DNA from: an uncultured delta proteobacterium
Lineage (GTDB): Bacteria; Desulfobacterota; Desulfuromonadia; Geobacterales; DSM-12255
Direction of reading: 5' to 3'
Length of the DNA stretch: 64,000 bases
NCBI GenBank assembly: GCA_963787125.1
Contig: CAWBBV010000009.1
Location: 32,001-96,000, forward strand
A model generated the notes under the pieces. The model was not told where the DNA came from and searched no databases. It saw only the letters and a program-made list of their open reading frames with translations. Position numbers and translations under genes: made by a program. Shown here piece after piece: positions 49,438 through 59,390 of this stretch (its first letter is position 1; each line of letters opens with the position of its first letter).

Positions 49438-52053
49438 ATGACCACAACCGCAACAACGACGATCTGGCAAGAACTGGAGTCTTGGTCAAAGAACCTTCTC
49501 CCTTGGCAGCGGTTTGTTCTGACACATGCTGTAAATCACGGATGCCTAAACGACAACCACGCAGAACAGGCGTATAAGCTCTTTCTCACTGGGAATAAGC
49601 TCTGGAATGATTCCTTTGGTCAAGCAGAAGAAATCCTTATTCCTGCTATTGCTGCGCCGCAGACAAATACAGAGCACACAAGGGTACTGCTCACCCGGCT
49701 TGGCAACCTGCAACATGTTAATGCAATCCCTGCGACATCGTCGCTTACCTTTGGCCCCAGCCTAACTGTCATGTACGGTCATAATGGCTCGGGCAAGAGC
49801 GGCTTCGCGCGTGTTCTGTGCAGTGCCTGTTTCAGTCGTGCTGAGGTTAGTATACTTCCCAATGTCTATGCGGATCATCCACCATCCCGGACACAGGCTG
49901 ATTTCTCGGTGCGGATAAACGATGCTGAGGAGACAATCCTCAACTATACCGTTGGAGAAAGCCATCCTGATCTGCTCCGATTTACCGTGTTCAATACGGA
50001 AGCTGCCCATTCACATTTGACCGACGCAAATCCACTTGGGTTCAAGCCAATGGGGTTCAATGTCTTTGTCGAATTGACCAGGATTTATGGCCTATTGGAA
50101 CAGAAGCTTAGTGCAGACATACGCACTCGTGTCCTCGTAAACAAATTCGTCAAAAGCTTCCCCGAACCGGCCAGCAAAATATCGCAACTGGTTGCCTCCT
50201 TAAGCGCTGAAACCGATCTGAAGTCTCTGCAAGAATTGGCGATGTACGCAGAAAAAGAGCAGGCACGGCAGGAGACAGTTGTCACTGAAATTGCCGAACT
50301 TAAGTCGAAATCAGTAGAACAGTCAATTAAGGAGATTGACGATGCAAGCGATGACATAAAGACACTTTGCGATAAACTCACCCCTCTATTGGTTCACTTC
50401 CAGCCTGCGAAAAAAGAACTTTGCAGACAGCAGCTTGACGACTTTATCAAAAAAACTGCAGCGGCTACCTCCGTAAGCGTTGAAAGCTTCAAACAGCCAT
50501 TCTTCACCGCTACCGGCTCTCCTTCTTGGGAAGAGTTTGTTACATCGGCGGCAAAACTTGCGAAAGAGGAACATGAAGCCTACCCGCTTGAAAACGCATT
50601 TTGCCTGCTGTGTCAACAGCCACTTGATGCCACCGCAATTGCCTTTATTCAGAGACTGTGGAACTTCCTCGACAGCACAGCCCGCACTGAGGCGCTTACA
50701 GCAAGTGTAGCTCTTGACAACACTGCTAAAGTTCTCAAAAAGCTGTTATTTGATTTCTTTGGTGACGACAGCCGTGTCAGGAAATATCTGCAAGTAGAAG
50801 CACCGGAAATTACCGGGCAGATCATTGCGCTACTGGAATCACTTGCAGCAGAGCGAGACGATCTTGTGCAGATATTAGAGCGCGGAGCTGGTGTGATTTC
50901 GTCAACTATTTTTGCTGATCCGTGCGTAACATTGGAAGACCTTCGCACCGGACTGGTGGAGAAAAAGAAGCTTCTCCAGTCACGCGACACGGCAGCTGTA
51001 TTACAGACACTTGAGGCTGAATTAGTTGAATTAAGGCACCGTCAGATCATGTCCGGGCTCATTGACGACATGGCAACTTTCATTGAGCAACAAAAGTGGC
51101 TCAAGCGTGCCAATAGTCTTAAAGACAGTGCTTTCAATACCCGAGAAATCACCCTGAAGGAAAACAGCCTTTTCAAATTGATCATCGAGGGTGGTTATAA
51201 AGATCGCTTCGAGGCAGAATGCAAGGCATTACGCTGTGAAGCTCCGATACTACTGGAAACAAAAGGGAAGCTTGGCGAAACCAGGAAAACACTTTCCATC
51301 AAGAAAAAGAAACCGAATATGATTCTCAGTGAAGGAGAACAGCGGATAGTTGCTCTAGCGGATTTTCTTACGGAGGTAAACCTTAATCCTGCCAGTGCCG
51401 GGGTGATTTTTGATGATCCGGTAAACTCGCTTGATTTCCAGCGCCGACAACTCATTACCAAACGCCTAGTACAGGAAGCAGCAACCAGACAGGTAATCAT
51501 TTTCACACATGACATTGTGTTTCTTACCTTGCTGATGAGCGAAGCCGAGACATCGGGAACGGCAATGCAGAAGCATTGGATCGAACGGGATGGCGACGAC
51601 AATCCTGGTCAAGTCACTCTTAACGATATCCCCGCAGACTGCAAAACCTATTATGACACCAAAAAGGCCAAGAAGGTATTGGATGAAGCCCGCGATCTTT
51701 CCGGAGATCAGCGAGTGGAAAAGATCAGAAACGGCATGGGCATCTTGCGCCGCTGTGTTGAAGAAGCGGTTCTGAAGTATCTTTTCAAGGATGTGGTAAC
51801 CCGCTGGAACGACCGGGTAATGATCGGCGGTCTGAAGAAGATTAACTGGAAAGAGGAGTTCGTTGACGAGATTGACGGCCTGTATGGTGAGCTTTCTCGA
51901 TATGTGGAGGGCCATTCGCATACCGAGGAGTTTGCCGGCGGTGCGCCGGTTATAAAGGACTTTGAGGATATGATTGGTAGAGTGGATGGAATGATTAAGA
52001 AAGTGAAGGGAGACAAGGTGAAGTCTAAGGTTGAATCTGTCTCAATGAATTAA
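49438..52053 (+). CDS. Rad50/RloC-like ABC-ATPase with coiled coil, zinc hook and probable C-terminal HEPN domain
   Basis: Walker A GHNGSGKS, CLLC hook, signature LSEGEQ, Walker B IFDDP, FTHD; C-terminal RRCVEE...RYVEGH. Confidence 0.8.
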   Translation: MTTTATTTIWQELESWSKNLLPWQRFVLTHAVNHGCLNDNHAEQAYKLFLTGNKLWNDSFGQAEEILIPAIAAPQTNTEHTRVLLTRLGNLQHVNAIPATSSLTFGPSLTVMYGHNGSGKSGFARVLCSACFSRAEVSILPNVYADHPPSRTQADFSVRINDAEETILNYTVGESHPDLLRFTVFNTEAAHSHLTDANPLGFKPMGFNVFVELTRIYGLLEQKLSADIRTRVLVNKFVKSFPEPASKISQLVASLSAETDLKSLQELAMYAEKEQARQETVVTEIAELKSKSVEQSIKEIDDASDDIKTLCDKLTPLLVHFQPAKKELCRQQLDDFIKKTAAATSVSVESFKQPFFTATGSPSWEEFVTSAAKLAKEEHEAYPLENAFCLLCQQPLDATAIAFIQRLWNFLDSTARTEALTASVALDNTAKVLKKLLFDFFGDDSRVRKYLQVEAPEITGQIIALLESLAAERDDLVQILERGAGVISSTIFADPCVTLEDLRTGLVEKKKLLQSRDTAAVLQTLEAELVELRHRQIMSGLIDDMATFIEQQKWLKRANSLKDSAFNTREITLKENSLFKLIIEGGYKDRFEAECKALRCEAPILLETKGKLGETRKTLSIKKKKPNMILSEGEQRIVALADFLTEVNLNPASAGVIFDDPVNSLDFQRRQLITKRLVQEAATRQVIIFTHDIVFLTLLMSEAETSGTAMQKHWIERDGDDNPGQVTLNDIPADCKTYYDTKKAKKVLDEARDLSGDQRVEKIRNGMGILRRCVEEAVLKYLFKDVVTRWNDRVMIGGLKKINWKEEFVDEIDGLYGELSRYVEGHSHTEEFAGGAPVIKDFEDMIGRVDGMIKKVKGDKVKSKVESVSMN

Positions 52054-52252
52054 TACTGTTAAATCAGGTGAATGGCCCGAAATCTTAAGGGGAAATATGC
52101 TTGGGCTGGATGGAAGCAACTGGCAGGAACTGTTATGAATTATGAATTACAAGTCAGTCAAAAATGGTTTAGTATGCCAGCGGTTGAATAACAGTGTCGG
52201 ACCCGATGCAATCAAGACCCGTAAATAGTACCAACCATCATAAGGAGCCACA

Positions 52253-54430
52253 TTGTCACGACTCACCGATCTCATTGCACGAGCAAAAACAAAAGACCCT
52301 CAGATGGGTATGGACCTGGAACGGGAATTCAAGGCGCTGTCATCACGTCTTGCCTTTGGGCTGAATTTTGAGCGGCATCGTCCCGAGGTCGTGGAACTGC
52401 CCAAGCGGCCGGTACGCAAAGGTGACAAGGTGCGGGTGCTCCCGGAGCGCGGTTCAACTGCAAAGGGGGGCCAGCTGCTCTGGCTGGTCCGGAGCGTTGC
52501 GAAGGCGAAAGGAAAGCGAATAGCGCATCTGGAGTTGTCCGGCGACGCCGGGCCGGAGACGCGGGATGTCCCGGCAGATGATTTGGTTGTTGTGGCGGAA
52601 TTTCGGGATTACATCTATCCGGGGCTTGTCAGCACCGGCAAGGTCGAGCGGGGCGGAGACAAGCCTTTTCACACGGTCATCAACGGCGAGAACTACCATG
52701 TGCTGGAGGCGCTGACCTACACGCACCGGGGGACGGTTGACGTCATCTACATCGACCCGCCGTATAACACCCGTGATAAAGACTGGAAATACAATAACGA
52801 TTATGTCGATTCAGATGATCAGTATAAGCATAGTAAGTGGTTAGCCATGATGGAACGAAGGCTTCTGATCGCAAAGAAACTGCTGAATCCTGCAGATTCG
52901 GTGTTGATAGTTACAATTGACGAGAAGGAGTATTTGCGGCTGGGTTTGTTGCTGGATCAGGTTTTTCCAGAAGCGCGTAGCCAAATGGTTACTACACTGA
53001 TAAATCCAAAGGGTGTTGCTCGTGGTCAGGAATTTTATCGAGTAGATGAATACATATTCTTCTTGTTTTTCGGAGCTGCATCCGTAAAGAAGACACACGA
53101 TCCGATGATTCTGACTGGCAAACGTAATATAGAGCAAGACAATGAAGAGTCGGAAGTTAATCTGCAGGATGGTATTCGTAAGGTGCGGTGGGGCAATCTC
53201 CTAAGAAGTGGGACTGATGCCAAGAGGACCGATCGGAAGCACCAATTCTACCCAATTTTCCTTAATGCGAAGACAGGAAAACTGCACAGCGTTGGAGAAT
53301 CGCTCCTTCCCGTGACGGCTGACAGGAGTGGTGTCAATTCACCCGCTGGCACCATTGCAGTTTGGCCGATCAGAAAAGATGGCTCAGAGGGACGTTGGCA
53401 AGTGGGAAATGAGCGATTGCGCATTCTACTCTCTCAGGGGTATGCCTCTATTGGACGTTTTAGTGGAAGTGATCGAGTCTCATTCAGTTATGTAACGGAC
53501 AATCTATTTAGTCAGATAGAAACTGGAGAGATTGTTGAAACTGGTCGAGATAAAAATGGCGTTGTAATGCTAGAATTTTCTGATGAGGTTGAAGCATCCG
53601 AAAATCCAAAGACAATGTGGAACAAAACGTCACACAGTGCTAGTGAATATGGCACAACGCTGCTACGTCAAATAATTCCTAGGCGTGCATTCCCGTTTCC
53701 GAAATCTTTGTATGCGGTCGAGGATGCTTTGCGCTTCATAATTATTAAAAAGCCTGATGCGACTGTTCTAGATTTTTTCTCCGGCTCCGGCACTACCACG
53801 CACGCCGTAATGCGCCTGAATCGCCAGGACGGCGGCCGACGCCAGTGCATTTCTGTAACCAACAACGAAGTTGCAGCTGACGAGCAAAAGGCTTTGCGCG
53901 AGCAGGGCCACCGCCCCGGCGACCCGAAATGGGAACAGTGGGGCATTTGCGATTACATAACCAAACCCCGCGTGGAGGCTGCCATAACGGGCAAAACCCC
54001 GACGGGTGAGCCGATCAAGGGAGAGTACAAGTTTACCGACGAGTTCCCCATGGCTGATGGTTTCGAGGAGAACGCCGAGTTTTTCACCCTGACCTATGAA
54101 ACCCCTGTGGCGGTCAGCCATAACCTTGCCTTTGAAAAAGTGTCTCCGCTCCTCTGGCTACGGGCCGGTAGCCAGGGGAGGCGGATCGAAACCCCTCCCG
54201 CCAGTGGTTGGGAAGTGGCCGATTGCTATGGCCTGCTGACAAACCTTGATCAGACGGATGCGTTTTGTGCGGCTGTCGAGAAGGCCGATGGTCTGCGGAT
54301 CGCCTATATTGTCACCAATGACGACCGCCGCTTTCAGGCCATTGCCCGCACTCTGCCCGAATCAGTGGAGCCGGTCCGTCTCTATGAATCGTATCTGACC
54401 AATTTCAAATTTGCCAATGGAGAGATATAG
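52253..54430 (+). CDS. Type III restriction-modification methyltransferase (Mod, beta class)
   Basis: IYIDPPYN before LDFFSGSGTT, FPFPKS; abuts Res. Confidence 0.92.
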   Translation: MSRLTDLIARAKTKDPQMGMDLEREFKALSSRLAFGLNFERHRPEVVELPKRPVRKGDKVRVLPERGSTAKGGQLLWLVRSVAKAKGKRIAHLELSGDAGPETRDVPADDLVVVAEFRDYIYPGLVSTGKVERGGDKPFHTVINGENYHVLEALTYTHRGTVDVIYIDPPYNTRDKDWKYNNDYVDSDDQYKHSKWLAMMERRLLIAKKLLNPADSVLIVTIDEKEYLRLGLLLDQVFPEARSQMVTTLINPKGVARGQEFYRVDEYIFFLFFGAASVKKTHDPMILTGKRNIEQDNEESEVNLQDGIRKVRWGNLLRSGTDAKRTDRKHQFYPIFLNAKTGKLHSVGESLLPVTADRSGVNSPAGTIAVWPIRKDGSEGRWQVGNERLRILLSQGYASIGRFSGSDRVSFSYVTDNLFSQIETGEIVETGRDKNGVVMLEFSDEVEASENPKTMWNKTSHSASEYGTTLLRQIIPRRAFPFPKSLYAVEDALRFIIIKKPDATVLDFFSGSGTTTHAVMRLNRQDGGRRQCISVTNNEVAADEQKALREQGHRPGDPKWEQWGICDYITKPRVEAAITGKTPTGEPIKGEYKFTDEFPMADGFEENAEFFTLTYETPVAVSHNLAFEKVSPLLWLRAGSQGRRIETPPASGWEVADCYGLLTNLDQTDAFCAAVEKADGLRIAYIVTNDDRRFQAIARTLPESVEPVRLYESYLTNFKFANGEI

Positions 54431-57013
54431 ATGAAGTTTACGCTGAAGGATTACCAGGATGGGGCGGTGCGGGATGTGCTCGCCAATCTGCGCAAGGCCC
54501 GCAAACGCTGGCGCGAGGATGGCGACCGGCACGCTTTTTCCCTGACGGCGGTAACTGGTGCCGGTAAGACGGTAATGGCGGCAGCGGCATTCGAGGCGCT
54601 GTTTCATGGCGATGACAATTATGATTACGAGGCCGATCCAGGCGCGGTGGTTATCTGGTTCAGCGATGACCCGTCTTTGAACGAGCAGACGCGCTTCCGG
54701 CTCATGGAAGCCTCGGACCGGTTGAACCATTCCGATCTGGTTGTGGTGCAGAACACTTTCAGCCAGGCGAAATTCGAGCCGGGCAAGATCTACTTCCTCA
54801 ATACCCAGAAGCTGGGCAAGAAAAGCCTGCTCGTGCGAGGTTCTGACCCGGAGGAGGATCATCCGGCTTTCCCCGAAGTGCGGCCAGACCTGCGCTCTCA
54901 CACCATCTGGGATACAATCCAGAATACAATCGAAGACCCGTATCTGACGCTGTATCTGGTGCTTGATGAGGCGCACCGGGGGATGGGTAACCCGTCGGAG
55001 GCGGTACAGAGGGATAAATCGACCATAGTCAAGCGACTTATCAACGGTGCGGGCGCTGTGCCGGCAATACCGATTGTGCTGGGCATATCCGCCACAGTGG
55101 AACGGTTCAATACTGCCATGGGCGATGCGCAGGGGCGCGATCTTCTTCAAAACGTCGTCGTAGATTCCGCCAAGGTGCAAGAGTCGGGCCTTTTGAAGGA
55201 TACGATTATTCTGGATATCCCCGATGAAGTGGGGCAGTTCGACACGGTGCTGGTGCGCCGCGCTACCGGCAAAATCAAGGAATCGAGTGAGGCATGGGCC
55301 GAGTATTCCCGGCAGCAGGATTCCAAAGAGATCGTCAAACCGCTTATGGTGCTGCAGGTGCCGAATACGCCAAACCCCAATGACATTGGCCAGGCGCTGG
55401 ACACGATCATCCAACAGTGGCCGGAATTGACCGAAGAAGCGTTTGCCCATGTGCTCGGCGAACATACCACCCAGACATACGGCAGACATACGGTGCCGCA
55501 CATCTCCCCTGAGCGGGTGCAGGATGCCTATTGGGTGCGGGTGCTCATCGCCAAGGACGCCATCAGCACCGGCTGGGACTGCCCGCGGGCCGAGGTGCTG
55601 GTTTCCTTCCGGCCGGCCAAGGATCGCACCCATATAACCCAGCTCATGGGGCGCATGGTTCGGACCCCCCTTGCACGGCGCATTCCAGGCAATGACCGGC
55701 TCAATTCCGTTGACTGTCTGCTGCCATTTTTCGATGCTAAATCCGTAGAAGAAGTTGCCGATGCCCTGATGAAGGGGGGCGACGACGGTAAAACGCTCCC
55801 TGGTCGGCGGGTGCTCATTAATCCCAAGGATATGCTGCCGAATCCTGCTGTCTCGGAAGCGGTATGGGACACGTTCCGGTCGCTGCCGTCCCAATCCCTG
55901 CCGCAGCGGGGGGCAAAGCCGGTGAAACGGTTGACCGCGCTGGCCCATGAACTGGCGTGGGACAAGCTGTTGCCGGGTGCCGGAAAGATTGCCCATACGG
56001 AAATGCATAAGGTTCTGGATGCGATTCAGAAGCAGTATGCCAAAGATATTGCCGCTGCCCGAAAAGCTGTCTTGACGGTGGAAGGAAAGACCCTGACCGC
56101 CGATATGCAGAAAAAATCAAAATCCTTCGACGACTTTCTGGAAGATGCCGACTATGTGGTGATCGAGGACGCCTACCGCCGCGCCGGGCGCATCCTGAGC
56201 CCGGACGTTTCCCGGACCTATGCAGAATATCTGGCCGCCAGGAATGAGGATGCCGACGACATGGAAGATGCGTTGATAGAGGCCCATGCCGATATCGCGG
56301 CGCTTGGACTGGTAACCAATGTGAAAACCTGCCTCGACGCCGAAGCGGACAAGCTGGCCAAAGGATGGTTTGAAACGTACAAGGCGCAGATCAAGGCGCT
56401 GTCTGACGAGCGGCAGGAGGTGTATCGCTCGCTCAAGGGGATGAGCACGGAGCCGGGAGAAATCGACCTTGCCACACCGAAAGCGTGGACGGTGGCAACT
56501 ACCGAGCAGGATGCACTCGGCAACAAAAAGCCGCTGCCGACGTATAAACAGCATCTGTTGTGCGACGAGAACGGCTTGTTTCCAGCTGAAATGAACGATT
56601 GGGAGAAAGCTGTGTTGGCAACGGAGATGAAACGCGAAGGCTTTCAGTTCTGGTACCGCAACCCGTCGCGGCCGAGTCAGGACTCTCTAGGGATTGCCTA
56701 TACCGAGGATCAGCTGGTCAAAATCATGCGGCCGGATTTCATCTTTTTCTCGCTGCAAGCAGACGGTTCTACCGTTGCCGACATCGTTGATCCCCACGGG
56801 ACACAATACGGTGACGCGCTGCCAAAACTGCAGGGCCTGGCGCACTATGCCGAGGCCTACGGGACGTTGTACCGGCGTATCGAAGCGGTTGCCGAGGTGA
56901 AGGGGAAATTGCGCATACTGGACCTGACCGATGAAAATGTGCGCAATGCGGTGGCAGTGTCTGAGGATGTCAAGAGCCTCTATTCAGGAACGTTGGCGGG
57001 GGATTACTGTTAG
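54431..57013 (+). CDS. Type III restriction enzyme Res subunit (SF2 ATPase plus C-terminal nuclease)
   Basis: LKDYQ, VTGAGKT, LDEAH, SAT, GWDCP, QLMGRMVR; C-terminal RPDF. Confidence 0.88.
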   Translation: MKFTLKDYQDGAVRDVLANLRKARKRWREDGDRHAFSLTAVTGAGKTVMAAAAFEALFHGDDNYDYEADPGAVVIWFSDDPSLNEQTRFRLMEASDRLNHSDLVVVQNTFSQAKFEPGKIYFLNTQKLGKKSLLVRGSDPEEDHPAFPEVRPDLRSHTIWDTIQNTIEDPYLTLYLVLDEAHRGMGNPSEAVQRDKSTIVKRLINGAGAVPAIPIVLGISATVERFNTAMGDAQGRDLLQNVVVDSAKVQESGLLKDTIILDIPDEVGQFDTVLVRRATGKIKESSEAWAEYSRQQDSKEIVKPLMVLQVPNTPNPNDIGQALDTIIQQWPELTEEAFAHVLGEHTTQTYGRHTVPHISPERVQDAYWVRVLIAKDAISTGWDCPRAEVLVSFRPAKDRTHITQLMGRMVRTPLARRIPGNDRLNSVDCLLPFFDAKSVEEVADALMKGGDDGKTLPGRRVLINPKDMLPNPAVSEAVWDTFRSLPSQSLPQRGAKPVKRLTALAHELAWDKLLPGAGKIAHTEMHKVLDAIQKQYAKDIAAARKAVLTVEGKTLTADMQKKSKSFDDFLEDADYVVIEDAYRRAGRILSPDVSRTYAEYLAARNEDADDMEDALIEAHADIAALGLVTNVKTCLDAEADKLAKGWFETYKAQIKALSDERQEVYRSLKGMSTEPGEIDLATPKAWTVATTEQDALGNKKPLPTYKQHLLCDENGLFPAEMNDWEKAVLATEMKREGFQFWYRNPSRPSQDSLGIAYTEDQLVKIMRPDFIFFSLQADGSTVADIVDPHGTQYGDALPKLQGLAHYAEAYGTLYRRIEAVAEVKGKLRILDLTDENVRNAVAVSEDVKSLYSGTLAGDYC

Positions 57014-57049
57014 CGAATTGGAATTATCTTAATATGAATGAGGTTTTGT

Positions 57050-58114
57050 ATGGCTCGGCAAAGAACAAGCCCATTGGAAGATGTGATTTCCCTGGCAAGT
57101 AAACTTCCATGGTGGTTATGTCTCATATTTGCGCTTATTTCTTATGTTGTTTTGCATAAAATAGCTGGCAGACCTATGGCAGTGCCAGTCGATGGGGCAG
57201 GCCAACTAGGCGCTGCAGTGACTCACCAACTTTTCACGACGATGGCCATATTCGGTCAACTCATAGTGCCATTTGTTTTTGTTATTGCAGCAGTAGGATC
57301 TGGGATATCAGCTTTCCGTCAGAAAAAGCTCTACGAAACCGTCGCAACCCGAACCGATGTTGCCGTTATGAATGAAATGGGTTGGGATGAGTTTGAAATG
57401 CTGGTTGGTGAGCATTTCCGGCGGCTAGGGTTTCAGGTGTCGCGGCAGGGCGGGAACGGTCCTGACGGCGGTGTCGATCTTGTCCTGAAAAACAAGAGTG
57501 AAACCTATCTGGTGCAGTGCAAACAGTGGAAGGCCTACAAAGTGGGAGTGCAACCGGTGCGCGAGCTGTACGGTGTAATGGCATCACGCGGCGCTGCTGG
57601 TGGCTACGTGGTAACCTCCGGAATGTTTACCGACGAGGCCCAGGCGTTTGCCAAGGGGCTGAATGTCGAACTGATCGATGGCCGCAAGCTTCGGCAAATA
57701 ATCGATAATGCCCGTAAACCGGCTGTCGCTGATGTACGGCAACCTGCGATAGTTCTGGAGACTGTGGCAATTCTGGCAGTTTCCCCGAATTGTCCCAAGT
57801 GCGGCGCGGAGATGAAAAAGCGTCTGGCTCGACAAGGGAGTAACGCGGGAAACGAGTTCTGGGGTTGCTCCGGCTATCCGGCTTGCAAAGGGATTCTGCC
57901 GGTTGCACATGTTACAGCAGTGGAGCCAGTCATTGAGCAGGAAATTGCGCCGGTCACTCCAGTAGCCAGTAGTTCGAGAAGCTGCCCTCAGTGCGGAGAT
58001 GGATTGGTTATCCGCGAGTTCAAGAGCGGTCCACGCGTAGGTCAGGAGTTCCTTGGTTGCTTGCAGTGCAGGAAAGGGTATCCGTTAACACAACCAGTCA
58101 TGTCCACAAATTGA
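57050..58114 (+). CDS. Mrr-like restriction endonuclease with N-terminal TM helices and C-terminal topoisomerase-type Zn ribbons
   Basis: WDEFEMLV, DGGVDL, VQCKQW, LIDG; CPKC..GC..C and CPQC..CLQC. Confidence 0.88.
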   Translation: MARQRTSPLEDVISLASKLPWWLCLIFALISYVVLHKIAGRPMAVPVDGAGQLGAAVTHQLFTTMAIFGQLIVPFVFVIAAVGSGISAFRQKKLYETVATRTDVAVMNEMGWDEFEMLVGEHFRRLGFQVSRQGGNGPDGGVDLVLKNKSETYLVQCKQWKAYKVGVQPVRELYGVMASRGAAGGYVVTSGMFTDEAQAFAKGLNVELIDGRKLRQIIDNARKPAVADVRQPAIVLETVAILAVSPNCPKCGAEMKKRLARQGSNAGNEFWGCSGYPACKGILPVAHVTAVEPVIEQEIAPVTPVASSSRSCPQCGDGLVIREFKSGPRVGQEFLGCLQCRKGYPLTQPVMSTN

Positions 58115-58156
58115 CCGCTGCGGTGAGTTTGTCGTGCTGGTCCGAATACAGATAGG

Positions 58157-58193
58157 AAAAGACCCGCCGGTTGCATACCGGCGGGTCTTTTTT
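58157..58193. terminator. Bidirectional Rho-independent terminator
   Basis: AAAAGACCCGCCGGT-TGCAT-ACCGGCGGGTCTTTTTT. Confidence 0.9.
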
Positions 58194-58234
58194 GATTGGT
58201 TGCATTAATTGGTCAACGGTTATTGACAATATTC

Positions 58235-58477
58235 CTAGAGAGTGCTGCTGCGCAGCATGCAAATGATGAGGGCACCAATAAAAGTGCCAATAAAGCTAAC
58301 TATTCTCAGCAATTGCTGGTTTGAAAAAATACTCTGTCTAACAGGTTTTACTGCTTCCGGTGGAGTGTCGTTGTACGGCTGCATTATTGTTTGGTTTACA
58401 ATAATCGTAACCTGACTGATCGTAACCTGACTGTTTTGCGCAATGACTTCAATTATATATTGAGGAGAAGAGTTCAT
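58235..58477 (-). CDS. Small hypothetical protein with C-terminal TM helix
   Basis: AGGAGG RBS before ATG; converges on the terminator; hydrophobic C-terminus. Confidence 0.55.
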   Translation of the reverse strand: MNSSPQYIIEVIAQNSQVTISQVTIIVNQTIMQPYNDTPPEAVKPVRQSIFSNQQLLRIVSFIGTFIGALIICMLRSSTL

Positions 58478-58530
58478 GGCCGCCCCTCCTATTGCACTGC
58501 CTGGTTAGTGTTGATCACTCCTCCTTGGCG

Positions 58531-58556
58531 AATTCCGGGGACAGTATATTTAATTC
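58531..58556 (+). repeat. ATTCCGGGGACA motif, copy 1
   Basis: 12-mer shared with 63541-63552. Confidence 0.5.
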
Positions 58557-58749
58557 AAAACACTCCCTGGGGGCAAAGCTTGATGAGGGGCTGTTCCGGG
58601 TCATGCAGAACGGGGAGGGGAGAGAGGCGTTGCTGTCTTGACCTTGATGACGCAGAGGGGTATACTCCTCGCAACACTCAGTATTTCAGGCAGTTATATG
58701 CTGTTTCTGGTAATACTGATTTATGGATCGAACCAAGATGAGGTGCTCC

Positions 58750-58968
58750 ATGATAGACCGTAACAATCCACTCATCCGCGAAGCCAACAATCTTCCTCCG
58801 CTGGACAAACTGCAACTCGTTGACTATCTTCTTGAATCACTTGACATGCCCGATACGGAGATTGAAAAATTATGGGCTGAGGAATCTTCCCGTCGATGGG
58901 AAGGCTATAAGGCCGGGGAGATAGGCTCTGTTTCTGCTGCCGAGGTCTTCGAAAAATACAAACCATGA
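58750..58968 (+). CDS. Addiction-module antitoxin (TIGR02574-like)
   Basis: LPPLDKLQLVDYLLESLD...WAEESSRR...AEVF pattern; ATGA overlap with the next ORF. Confidence 0.85.
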   Translation: MIDRNNPLIREANNLPPLDKLQLVDYLLESLDMPDTEIEKLWAEESSRRWEGYKAGEIGSVSAAEVFEKYKP

Positions 58969-59045
58969 ATATCCGCTTCCTTGAACCTGCCCAAAGCGAG
59001 AACATCCATAGGGGTCGTGTCTCAACTCCCTACAGCTTTAAATAA
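58965..59045 (+). pseudogene. Truncated RelE/ParE toxin (first 12 codons only)
   Basis: MNIRFLEPAQSE coupled to the antitoxin, then runs into the repeat at 59000 and stops. Confidence 0.7.
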
Positions 59046-59390
59046 CTGAAATAAACATGACCACAATTGATACCTCCATCAAACCACAAGAGCTTCAATC
59101 AAGCGGTTGGAGGGTGTGGCAATGGGGTATCATACTGAATTCAGAGGCTCTTTGCGCTTCAATACGGAATTGACTGAAATTCAGCTTTCATTCATCAAGC
59201 AAATTTTGCGTGAAGATTATCGAGATCATCCTGAATGGGACGCAATGGATCTGACATACATTGACCTTGCGCTACTGCCTGACAACAGCGGCATACAATG
59301 GGATGGCTCCGAAAAGACCTGCTTTTGCCGGAACTGGTGAATGTTGTCATAACGCAAATGAGAAGGGAGTTTCCTAGTTTTGGACTGACA
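59000..59390 (+). repeat. ~390-bp duplicated segment, copy 1
   Basis: Nearly identical to 60405-60796; begins GAACATCCATAGGGGTCGTGTCTCAAC. Confidence 0.95.

Noticed and set aside
52133..52150. TTATGAA short tandem repeat upstream of mod
   Set aside because: Only about 2.5 units; too short to support phase variation
54362..56008. 548-aa antisense ORF
   Set aside because: Lies opposite the well-supported GC-rich res gene and has no recognisable motifs; shadow ORF
58391..58741. 116-aa plus-strand ORF, and the 63494-63697 minus-strand ORF
   Set aside because: No RBS or motifs; they read through repeat elements and intergenic DNA
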